This document shows, one piece after another, positions 47,581 to 60,400 of a DNA stretch of 64,000 nucleotides. The notes under the pieces are model-generated. The model made no database searches. It saw only the letters and a program-made list of their open reading frames with translations, and was not told the origin of the DNA. Each line of letters begins with the position of its first letter. Position 1 is the first letter of the stretch. This DNA is from Bugula neritina (Eukaryota; Animalia; Bryozoa): positions 6,562,722-6,626,721 of the forward strand of contig OZ037766.1 in assembly GCA_964035545.1 (NCBI GenBank), written 5' to 3'. Made by a program: the position numbers and the translations under genes.

Positions 47581-48579
47581 CTGCAACTACATGAAGTATG
47601 CTACAATTACATGTACTCCAACTCTATTTAGAAGCTTAGACCACACAAGGTCTTTTGCCACCAATAAGCTACATAATGGGCATGAAATATCTGCCTAGGA
47701 TAAAAGTATTGGAAAGAAAAATTTCAAGATTTGAGAGCTCTAAAGAATCTAAAGAACGAATTATATAAAGCTACATAGGCTAAGCATTTTGTAAAATTCA
47801 TTATTTGCAGTGAGCTATGCTATACTGGTTCAAGCCAGTAGAGAAATGCTAAGTAGCATAGAGGCCTTAAAAGTAGAAACTCTAATTTGAAAACCATAAC
47901 ATAATGCTAGAATAATCTAGACAATTCCTTAATAAAAGATAATCACATTTTTAGAAACAAGCAAATCTAAAAAGTATGTAAGGAAAACATTTCAATATGC
48001 AACAGTCCTAAGTAAAAATATGTGTTGAAATAGTAATAAATCTATAAAAGATTCAATTTTTATTTGTTTATGCATCATAACAAAAAAATACACTTAGTAA
48101 TTGTTCTTGAACACTTATTGAGAGTTTCAAATGGCACGACACCATAATCAGAATACATAGCCTTAGAATATTTTTAGCCTGAGACAAAATGGATAACTAT
48201 TATTATATGTATAGTTACTATTTCAACAATTTAGGCAATTTAATGCTGTAATAGTTTAAACCACAGCATTAAAATGGTATTTTTATTATATAAGCTGCAG
48301 CATAAATAATTACAATATCACCAGGTTTTAGATTCACTGCAAACATAAACAACATGACTATTAAACGCTTATATCACTCTGATATCAGACTTACTGGTAG
48401 TTTTCCGGTTTATTAGTTGATAGTACTTAGCTACTAAGCTTAGAATTACCTTAGTTTTGGCTAAGTCCATGCATTACATTTGTCAAATAAACGAGCTACC
48501 AGCAATATTGTATTCACAGAGCCTAGGCCATATATTTTTACAAAAATTTATGTTTATAAACTTTTACCTACTCAATTTG

Positions 48580-51200
48580 CTATCATTATCACCATTACTA
48601 TTAGTATTAGCCTAACCAGAAAGGTTAGAACTAAATTGATTTTAATATTAATAAGAACAATTTCAATTTGATGCTAAAACAAACACCGTTAAGTTTAAGT
48701 ATTAGTTTTACTATTTACTATCTATATTAGTTTAAGTTGTTCTTGTATAATATATTTAACTTTTATAGTATTAGTAATAAATTAAAACAATAGAATTAGT
48801 AAAAGTAATTCAAATTGTTATTATAATTCAAAATGACTAAATCATAATCATTATCATAATGATAAATCATAAAAAACATCTATTAAATTAAAATATAAAT
48901 TTAAATTAACATAAAATTACTCTGATGTTTATATTCATATTGATATAATAATAATAATAATTATTATTATTAATTATTATTATTAATAATATTATATTTA
49001 TCAATTTAAATTAAAATTGTAATACTATTTTAGTATTTATTTATTATTAGTACTGTATTACTAATAGTACTAGTAATACTAATACTAATACTGTAATAGT
49101 AATACTAATATTAATAATAATTATAATACTAATAGTAATAAAAATGAAGTTTTCTGAGTTTTACTTTTACTGTTTTAGGCTTAGCTTATACATAATTATA
49201 CTATTAGTATTAGTATTACTATAACTATAACTTAGCTTATAGTATAAGCTAAGCCTAAACTAAAAGTAAAACTCTGAAAACTTCACAACTATAACTATAA
49301 GTATTGTATAAGTTATACTATAAGTATAAGTTATAGTTATACTCTTATAGTTATAGTATAACTATAAGTATTACTATTACTATTAGTATTAGTATTACTC
49401 AATTTGAATTACTGAATTAGTATTACTATTTGATACTTGATGCTATTGCCTATTAGTATTACTATTAGTATTACTATTACTCTATTAGTATTACTATTAG
49501 TATTAGGTACAAAAGTAACTTACAACCAATAATTATAATTATAATTAATATAAGACAAGTGAGCTCAAATTTATAATAGTAATCAATCTTAAAAGAGGCA
49601 GCAATAACAAATGAACAAATTTATAATAAAATATTATCATCAATATGAATATCACTATTATCTCATAACGATAATCATTGCGACTGGATGGACGGCGTAT
49701 CCTTTTAACTATTGTTAGAATATTATTTTTATATGGAGGAACTAACTGTCATTATTATTACTATTCTTGGTAACACTTCATTATATCAACATAATGATGT
49801 TGCGTTCATACTTATAGAGTTATCTACCCTTTCAATTAAATAACTGCAAAAATACCAAAACATCGTATCATAAGCAAGTTGAAAATTTGAGAGTTAGTTT
49901 CTCTTGAAAACGTTGATGCGCAAACGCCGTATTGTTGCGTAGCCATATTGACAATTCGCCATCTTTGTTTCACATTGTGTTGACTTCGTTGTTCGTTTTC
50001 AAAGTTAGGAGAGTCTACCTCACTGTTGCTCTTCTACTTATAATTCGGACCTTGTGCTGCAGCTGTGAATAATCTTTACACTGGCTACATCAACATAATG
50101 GATGATTGAATTTCACGGAAAGTGAATAAATTCATATTATTCGTATTGACTTTGAAATTCACTTTCAGATTACAATTCCGACTACAGAACGAAACTCAAG
50201 CTTGAACTCTCACTCGTAGTGCTATAGATATTTCTATCGAGTTTGCCATTTAATTGTATACTCACACTGAAGCTGTGATTGTGAATGGTTTTGCCATTGC
50301 TAGTAATATTCTTATACAGATTCAAAGTTATATGAACATTTTCATTATCGTTATGATTTAATAATTTAATTTATGTTATAAATATAATTAGCATTGAACT
50401 TCGGTCTTCGTTCAACTTCATCAATTAGCCTACGACTACTGTCCAAAATTGTGATCAATTTATTGACTAACCTATAGTTAGTCTATTGCTGGACTTGATC
50501 TCAATCTGACTCTCAACCGGAGTATTGTAGATCCAGCTCGATATTGATACGTTTGGCATCCGCATTGTGATTGAATCTAGAGTTGCAATCGACTTCATTC
50601 TCCATTAGCCTTAGGTAAGTCTAAGTAACTTTAACTGAATTAGTAACACTAACTCTTAGGGCTAGTCATACTCAAGGTCAAATTGATCATGATAATGTCT
50701 AAAATTATTCTGGAAGTACTGAATAGTCACAAGTTGCACTTAAAGTTCACATTCACACTGATTTTGAATTGTTCGTAACTTAGAAGTTTAATAAAAAGAT
50801 TTACTTTTTGGGTAACACTAACATTCGAACGGTTTTCTAAATGAGTAAATCACTACAAGCTATTACTATTAGTATTACTATTAGTACTTGGTCAAAGCAA
50901 TTGCTTCTAATTTATACTTGATTTAACCATATTTGTATGAGCATTTTCTCGTTTAGATTATTGACCGATTGAAAAGTTCTAAATAAATCTGTAATTTCTG
51001 GTTCACCAGCGAATCAGTATATAATCAGAATCAGTGTGATTATAGTGAAATAAAAGTATATACTTTAGCTGGCAATTGTTAGTAGGTTACTGTGACTTTC
51101 TTTCAACTTTTCGCTGTTGTAATACCTGTCATAAGAAATACGAAAAAGAAGTAAGAACTTTAAGTGTAATACTATTAGTATTATATACTATATATTATAT
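48580..51200. promoter_or_regulatory. Putative divergent promoter region of TMC/RBBP6, with a CpG-containing core (~49680-50620) and YY1-like motifs
   Basis: Head-to-head genes; GCCATATT (49942) and CGCCATCTT (49957); strong donor TTAG|gtaagt at ~50613 for a probable RBBP6 5'UTR exon; same hexamer-periodic flanks as 32930-35200. Confidence 0.55.
49145..49285. repeat. Foldback element with ~45-bp inverted arms around a hexamer-repeat spacer
   Basis: tgaagttttctgagttttactttta(ct)gttttaggcttagcttatac ... gtataagctaagcctaaactaaaagtaaaactctgaaaacttca. Confidence 0.85.
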
Positions 51201-51442
51201 ATAACTCAGATCAACAACCAGGATGAGATGAATATAAATAATATCTTGCTGTTTCCTTTTTTAGAAATAGAAATAGAATTAAAATGTGAAAGTTTGCTTT
51301 GTTTGAAACCTTTTTTTACAATTAAAAATAGTTTACAATAATTGCAAAGCTGACAGTTATACACCAAGACCACTTCATAATATTTATAAGTTTACATTTG
51401 TGTATTTGTTGTAGTTGTTGCTTCTGGGTAGACTCTAGAAGT

Positions 51443-54400
51443 ATGTCTCACATTTACTACAAGTTTCAAAGTAGTAATGATCATGATATCGTAAAGTTTG
51501 ACGGGCTATCAATCTCACTAACAGAGTTAAAGAGCTTGATACTAGCAAAATCTAAAGTTGCTGGCTCTACAGATTTTTCCCTGCAAATCACTAATGCTCA
51601 AACAAAAGAAGGTTTGTGTTTTACGAACATTCCAACATGTTTTATATATGCATGTATGTATCACAATTCATTGATTTTTGTTTTTTTTAAAGAAAAAAAA
51701 AGCTGTTTCACAATGGTTGCTATAAATTTCTGTAAAAAATATTTTTTGTTTACCATTCAGTTTACAAGAATGATAGCGATCTTATTCCCAAGAATACATC
51801 GGTCACAGTAACCAGAGTTCCTGTACCAAAAGTATATAAAGGGTGGGTATTTTTTATACTCCCAAATCATCATTTGTTAAATTGTTAGGTAAACTGACAT
51901 TGTAGCTTCTATTGGAATGAGATTATCAATTTAAAAAGTTGTTTTTCTTAGACTAGCTATTTGTTGTATATTCTTTGTTTTAAGATTTCACCCTAAAATG
52001 CCACCTATTACTAAATTTAGCTTAAATTCTTTGTTGTTCTTTTAGTGAAGAAGACGTTGAAAATGTACGTAAACAAATAATTCATGGTTTGTGGTGCTTG
52101 ATGTTTGTAAGTATATGATATATCATACCTGGCTGGAGGATTTATCCACAAGCCATAGAGGCAATCGAGGTTTGAAAAGCTGCACATTTTGATGATATTG
52201 TAAGCAAGTCAAACTCTGGACACAAATAAAGGATGTTTTATGTCCAAGAGATACTTGCATTGATTATCTGTGATATTTTAAATTTATTTTATTTTTAGAT
52301 AATTTTTATTGCTCAACATTTTTTAAATTATATTTATCTGCATATACCATCTTTTAAAGAGGTTCTACTTTTATCTTGTTAAGTTTATGTTTGGAATAAA
52401 TAAGTTTACAACAAGTTTTTAGCTTTTACCATTGTAGCTAAAACTCGCTCCTTCTCTTAGGAAACTTTAATAGTTTTCTGCCAAATTTTACCTTGAAGCA
52501 TCTGCTATGTATGAAATAACATGGGCATATGTATCTAAAGTCTTGAAAACCCAATGTTGGGAGGTAAAATTTTGTGCACTCTTAGGTCCCAGGTTTGTGT
52601 GGAGCTGTAGCTGGAATTTCATTGATCGATGCATCATGCTTCAGTATTGTGAGAGGTTTTTTTTTACAATCCTTGGGACAATGCAGTATTTTAATTATGA
52701 AAATTTATCAAATTGTTTCATCAGCTGCTAAATTTAATTCCTGAGGTTATCATGACCATATAAAATATTACTTAGAAAGAAGTAGAAATATCTTGCTAAA
52801 TAAATAATATCAAACACATGCGATTATTAGCTTGATCTTATTCATTCAGCCAAACATTTCTACTGCTTTTCAAGTATGTTTTATATAGTCTACTTCAACG
52901 TAAGCCTAGATTCAAAACCTAAGTTTTCCATAAAAGGAAAGTGTTCGCTGAAATGAGGTGTTCTATATTTATTTGATTTTACTAAGACCCAAATACGCTT
53001 AGTTTATAAATACTCTTGAGCTATTTTACCTTCAGCAGCCACTGCTTAATATTTGTTTCTGCCTTCTCAACTACATTGCTCTCTGTATCTCACTAAGCTG
53101 CCTCAACTTGTGACATAGAATTTTCAATACCAGACTTAACTCATGGTTTTTTAAATTCACCATTTTGTCCCTATACGCGCATACATAAGCCACAAAATGA
53201 GGGTCCAAACCCTACTAGTGGCCTATAGAATTTCGTGAGAAATTGAACCGTGAGATTTGGAGGAAGCTCGTAGTTTAAAAAATAGCTCAAACATAACCTG
53301 ATTAGCAGACTATCTAGTATTTTGTGAAACACCATTTTCATATGCCATTTTTGATGTAACCATCCCTTCTGCAGTTATCTAGTTTTATTTGAATACTTCG
53401 GATGAATGCTTCCGCCTCTTCACTGGTTGCATTTAATGCTCTATTTTTCTGGCTGATGTTTTAGGCAATTTGGGTCCTCAAAATTTTTGAACAAATGCTT
53501 TTTCTAAAATAGTCGGAACAGAATTGCTCAATTTATCTAAAAAGTACAATGGCCTAATAAACTGCAGCTCCACACTTTGAGGACGTGTCGACACAAAAAA
53601 TTTGCACTTCAGTGGTTCCCAATAACATCAGGTTGTTGGTGATTGGGAGCTTTCGGAAACCACTCGTGACATTTTGCACTAGAATATTTGGAACGAGTTC
53701 TTAAATGGAAAATCTGCACTTGGTATTGAGAATGAAGAATTTATGCATGCTAGCCTGTTGACAGTGTACTATAATAGACTGCCAGTTCTTGCTTCATAGC
53801 CCCAGGAGCAATGTTTTTGACCTCAATTGTTAACAACCTAGGTGTATCAACTATGAACTTTTTCTTAGCTCCTAATTGTTTGATTTTTTTTTATTTCTGC
53901 AAACAAAATTTTTAGAAGTTGCAGTTTATGTGATAAATTCTTCATTAGTGAACCAACTCTGAATAGCTGTCAATAATTTCAGAAATCATGTTATGTCAAC
54001 ATTGTCAAATGCACATCTTCATTTCATAACTTCTGTAAACTTGTTTTCTCACCATTTGCTCATATTTGATTTCGCATCCTGTCAGGTAAACTGATGATCT
54101 GTGATAATGTTACCTGTTGAAAGTTTTGCCAAGACTGCCACCATGTGCCAATCTTCAGCAGATGGTGCTGTTTCAATGAATAAAGCAGACATGCTGTGTT
54201 TAAGCCTATAATGTCCAATTCAATAAAATATTTTCGAATTGTGTTACTGTTTACAAAAATAAAAATATCTTGTTTTTCTATAGCTCTTGTGACTTTAGTA
54301 CTGGAATGTGATGTAGTTGTGAGCCTATGATATATGTATTGTTACCATGTTTTCTATTTCTCTATCAACAGATGGATGAAGATTCTCATCTTGCCTTTCT

Positions 54401-57400
54401 TGCCAAGGTATAGCCTTAAAGTGTTTAGTATTGAAACTATTGTTACTAAGGAACACATTATTCATTTAGAATTGTAGCTTTCTGACCCTGTTCACTGGTT
54501 ATTTACTATTATTGAATTTGCAGCTACTTAGTGTTTTTATCAGATATATGGATATAGTGCTAAACAGTTTTTATTTTGTGTAGAAATGAACATTGTTGAA
54601 GTTTATGTCTTCAATGGCTTGAACTAGCTGCATAAACCACATAATAGGTTTCTGCTGCTAGAAAATCAATGGCTCTAGGAATATGTTTAGTTCATATTAA
54701 TATACTTCAGTGTCTGGTGCTCAACCAGTCCTGAATCTGACTTCACCAGACAACTGATAGTCTCTAGGCAATGTATGCTGGATACCAATAAAGTACTTGA
54801 AGCACCATTATACCATTTAGTTTTGGGCAGCATACATATTCAGCAGCATGTTACATATTTTAGCGAGCTGACAAATCTATAAGTCTTGCCGAGGAGCAGA
54901 GTATCCGCAGTATGATGACTGAATCTACAAGTGATTATGCAGTGGAGAACTACACAGTACGACCCAATGTCGTTCCTAGGGGTTCATCATTTGGAACCCC
55001 ACACGCGGGTTATATTTGCAAAAGGTGTGCTTATGACTACTGTTTTTTTCTTGCTTTAAATGAAATTTATCTAATCTTGCAGTATATTTAGTTGAAAGTG
55101 TTCAAAAAATACTTACCTTTCATGTCTTCGCTTGTCATAAATCCTACAATCTGCAATAAACACTGGTTTTGCCAACTTTTTTTCTGTTAGCATCTTAACT
55201 TGCTTTATAAAGTTATCTCAGTATTATACTATACAAGCTAAGTCGGTTAAATGCTGGGTTATCTTGGAATTGGCATAAATATGTTGCCATATGTTTTTCC
55301 ATGGATAATGTTAGTATTCTTATTTTGAGCCTGAAGGTATACTTTAAATATAGGCTAAATTATTGTGATTAGTATTGGGTTGGGTTGAGTTTGCAGTCGT
55401 TCAGTGCTGCTCTAGATTCTCAATTTAGTGTTCTGTTGAACTGCTTCTTTCTTGTAACTTGTTTGAAAATGTTACAGTGTAACAAATTCTTCATTTTAGG
55501 TGTCAGAAACCTGGCCACTACATTCAAAACTGTCCGTCCCAGATAAACTCTGCCTACAGAATGCCAGCTGCCAGATTACCAAAAGGACCTACCATTAGAC
55601 ATGGACATGGAATTCCCATGGATTTTCTTGTTCCAGCACTCCCTGATGCCCCAGGAGCAGTGTGGACAAAGTATGGGTTCGCTACAACCAAGAAGGATGT
55701 GTAAGTGGAGCCTATTCAGGTTAATGTAGCATGTGTACCATATTTATTATCTTGTTCTATCTTGTAATTGTCTTGATTGCAAATGTTGTAGGGAGGCCTA
55801 TGAGGATGCGGCCAGAAAGAAGTCTAACCAAGCCAAACCTGACCTGCCAGAATTTGAGATACCTTCCAACTTTATTTGTCCCATCTGTAATGAGATAATG
55901 ACTGACGCTGTTAAAACCAGCTGCTGTGCCACACATTTCTGTGATTCTTGTAAGTTCTATTCATCCCACAGCAATTTTTTGTTGAGCTAAAAATGTTCAT
56001 TAATAGTGTATTGTTTAGTAGTATATTGCCATTTTAGTTGATAAAATTGTGCCAATGCATTTTCTATGAACACGAATACTTTCACAGGTGTTCGCACTGC
56101 ACTTTTGGAAGACGAAGACAAGAGTTGTCCGCACTGCGGGGAGTTGGAATACCCCGACTCGCTTCAACCCGACATATTATTGCGAAATGCCATCACCACT
56201 TTCCTCAACAAGACAAAGAATGGCTTTAGGATTGTCCAAAAGTCAAAGAAACCTTCCCCTGCCTCAACGCTGGCCTCAGCAACGGCAGCCGATACATCTG
56301 CAACTACCTCTACCCAGTCTACGCCACCCACAGTGTAAGTTCTCAGTATTTTCTATGTTCAATAAGTGACTACCAACTTGTGTGATATGTGAACCATTCA
56401 CGGAACCAGAATGTAACAGTAACCTATGTTATATGCTTTTAGCACAAATTCCAGTGCAGCTACTACTTCTACTGCCTCTGAAGCTGCAGCTACAGCCGCA
56501 CCCTTGTCATCTGCTAGTCAAGGAAGTACTGAAACTTCTACCATTGTAACTGAGTCTTCAGTCAGTACCCCTGCATCTGCTGTTGCATCCACCACTTCCA
56601 CTGCACTATCATCTACTGCAGCAGTTACTACAGCTATTAGTAAGTGCCATATTATCTCTATAATATAATATACTACTGTCACTGTATATAATATACTACT
56701 GTCACTATATAATATACTACTGTCATTGTAAATAATATACTACTGTCACTATATATAATATACTACTGTCACTAGATATAATATACTACTGTCACTATAT
56801 ATAATATACTACTGTCACTGTATATAATATACTACTGTTACTGTATATAATATACTGCTGTTACTCTATATAATATACTACTGTCACTCTATATAATATA
56901 CTACTGTCACTAGATATAATATACTACTGTCACTATATATAATATACTACTGTCACTGTATATAATATACTACTGTCACTAGATATAATATACTACTGTC
57001 ACTATATATAATATACTACTGTCACTGTATAATACAATATACCATCATGGTTTTTATAAGTTCTCTCGTTTTTCTTTTCAGGTGCAGAGGTTGCTCCTGG
57101 CACAGTGCCAGTCACTCAAATGGCTGCGGCGCCCGCGCTTACCCCTGCAGCAGTCATAGCAACTTCTTCAATAGTCAGCAGCACTGTGGCTCAGCCAATG
57201 ACAGCCTCAGGTTATGCTGCCAGCTCTGTGCCCTATAACCCCCCACCCACCTACCCTCAACCTATGTACCGGCCAGGTTTGTCACTATATAAGTTAACAG
57301 CCACTGTGCTAGCTGATTACTTCCATGTTACTTGCAGCTTATAGGATTTTTATTTGTAATTCGTTTTTGAATGTTTACTTTCTTTTTGAAAAGTCACAAC

Positions 57401-60400
57401 TGTAATCAATTCAACATTCTGCTCATGTTAAACTTATATGTGTTTATACCTGTAGCTGTGCCAGCTCCTTACGCAACATTCCCACCTGGGATGAGGCCGG
57501 GCTTTGTGCCTCCCTTTGTCCAGACTCCAGCCGTGTACAACGCTGTCACCCCATACCCGGTGAGTCGTCATACCCTGGCTAGCTACTCGTGGCTAGCTAC
57601 TCTCTGGTGAACATGTAGTTTCGTCGTGCTATTTGTTACACTGTATGTGTCTTGTAGCACAGCTTATTCAGTTTCATCTCTCCTTTTCTAGATGATGACA
57701 GCTACTGGTCAGCCGATATTAACTAAAGAAGAGTTCTACAAAACTAAAGCTGAGTTGCTAGAACAACGGATCAAAGAGTAAGCACTATTCAGAGATTATC
57801 TTGTGTTTCTAGTTTCTATTTTACTTTCATGTATCATGTTTACCATAAAGTAACTTCTTTGCAACTTATTTTAAGACTGTGTTGAATTAACAAATACAAA
57901 CCGAAGTATTTCCAGTAGAACAGTAATGTTCTTCAATCCTTATTGTCTTAAATATTGTGATATTTTACTGTATAGATCAATTCAGACTAGAAACCAGAAG
58001 TCTCAAAGGTGATTGCTTATAGCTCTAAACTTTATCCTGTTTATTACATTATGGTTTATTTTGCTGTTAGTTTTCTGTTTTGCTTTTTTTCCTAACGCTT
58101 CTTTTGTTGTTCTTCTAACACCACAGATCTGAAGTAAACAAAAAGCCAAAAGATAAAGTAATGGATGCATTTGAAGATGTTTTTCAAGCCAGACCTCGGG
58201 CTCGTTCTAGGTCACGAAGTCCGAGAAGTAGGTCACCGCGACCCAGATCTCGTGGTAGGCGTAGCTACTCGAGGTCACCCGGTAGAAGGAGGTCCTACTC
58301 CAGATCTCCTAGAAGAAAGCGGAGTATATCGCCTCGCCCATACTATAGGCGGAGGTATGAGCGTGTTTTCAAGTCCTTGCTTACAGCCAGCATGTTGATT
58401 GCATGAGGTTGATGTTACAAGTTGTCACTTTGACATAAATAGTCATGACATCATCAGTTGAGAGTTTGGTGTTGACACTATTTAGGTTTGGTGAGAATTA
58501 CTATAAATTGGCACGCATTTAACACAATTTTCTCATCTAGTTTTCGTAGCATTTTATATTTGGTTTCTGATGTTTAGATCAAGAACTCCACCTATGCACA
58601 GAGAATATCGGCGGGGTGACAACTACTATGGAAGTAGATCTGATGAATATTACAGGCGAGAGCGAGATGATAGGTGGGCAGACAACTCTCTGTACTATAC
58701 TCTGTAAGGTTGTTTCAGGCTGTATTTGGCACTTATGTAATGCTGTATGTTTACAGATATGTAGACAAGTATTTCTATAATGGATATAGTGATAGACTGA
58801 GTCCTTACCAGCGATATGTCGATGGCCGCGGGGCTGTGTACACCCCTCCATTGAGAGGAGTTTCTCCAGACTATCCTTCACCTCGTAGTTACCCATACTC
58901 TCCCCGTAGGAAGGATGACAAACATTCGGACTGTAAGCCTATTATATATATGATTCTATGTGCTAAAGTAGTAGTCTTATATGGCATGGTTTCAATACTA
59001 ACTACTGTTTATATAATTTATTTGCATATTTATGTATAATTTATCAGATAATTTGTTGATACTTCTCAGCTCCTCTACAAACATTACAATCAAAATGATT
59101 TTTGTGTAGAAAGTGTTGTTAAAACATATTAATGCCGTTATTCTGTTGTGTATTAACTTTTGTTGCAATAAGAAAATTGGTGAACATGTTTTTAACCAAG
59201 AAAATATACAGGTTTGGCAAACTGAAATATCTGTAAATGAACAACTTGCTTTTATGCATGTAAGCTTTAATATTTTGCCATTTTGATGCAGTTCAATTTG
59301 ATAATTTTGTGTTGATGTTTTTTCTGTACTACCTAAATGATATGAGAAATTGGTGCCCTGTTCTTATAATTCAACAGGCAAAGTACAAGTATTTTGAAAA
59401 CAGCTTAGATGGTTTCTTATTTATTCTATATTGGAGAAATTTATAATCTACAACAGTAATAAAATGTCTTTCTGTGTCACGTATAGATTATGAGGTTGAA
59501 AACCTTTTATATTAGAGAAAATTATAATCTACAATAGTAATAGAATATCTTTCTGTATCGCATATAGACTATGAGGATAAGGACCGGAGGCGGTATAATG
59601 ATGAAGGGTATAAATATAACGAGGAGAGACGATATGGTGACAGCGAGTATGAGTACAGCAGGCGGAGGCGTAGAGATGATGAATATAATCGAGATGGCTA
59701 CAAGTATGACGATAAATATGAAGAAAACTCAAAGACCTCCCGTAAGCGTAAAGAGCGCCAAGGTGAGCTAATGCTAAGTATCAAGTCCTGTTTCACTCAA
59801 CACTTCAAAAAGTAACAGGAAATACTCATATACTATTGTATAAGCTGTATTACTGTATTCTTGTGTTGTTCAGATGAAGCTTCTGGTGAAGAGCCGGAGA
59901 AGAAGCCAGCGTCTAATAAGGACTCCAGATCTAGATCCAAGGAGAAAGTAAAGGTTGGCAGCACTTCTAGATCTAAGAAACAGCGAAGACAATCTGTATC
60001 ACCCAGTGACAGTAGCAGTAGATCCGAAGATGAGAAATCCGCTGACAGTGCACAAGAGGTAGTGGCGTAACTCTCACTATATTCTACCGCTGTCAATAAA
60101 ACTCACACAAGCTTATACTCACTATCCCCCTGAGAAACCCCTGATGAAAAGGGTTGTTTTTTAAAGGACTTATTCATATGTGGCACAGGAGCAATTATAA
60201 CTGGATGCTTTTCCTAACATCACCAATTACCTTTACTGGGAATCGAACCCATACTTTCGTGTTTATTAAGCCAGCGCTCTAACCCCTAGACCTGCTCCTT
60301 ATTGTACTGCTGTCAATACTCGTCATAAATAAGGAGCATCAATCTCTTTATTTTGTACCACTGTGAATACTGATCTATTTTGTATTGTGGTGTTGCAAGT

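Noticed and set aside
52350-54250. Possible transposon remnants in the long RBBP6 intron
   Set aside because: I could not identify TIRs, a second copy or coding remnants by eye.
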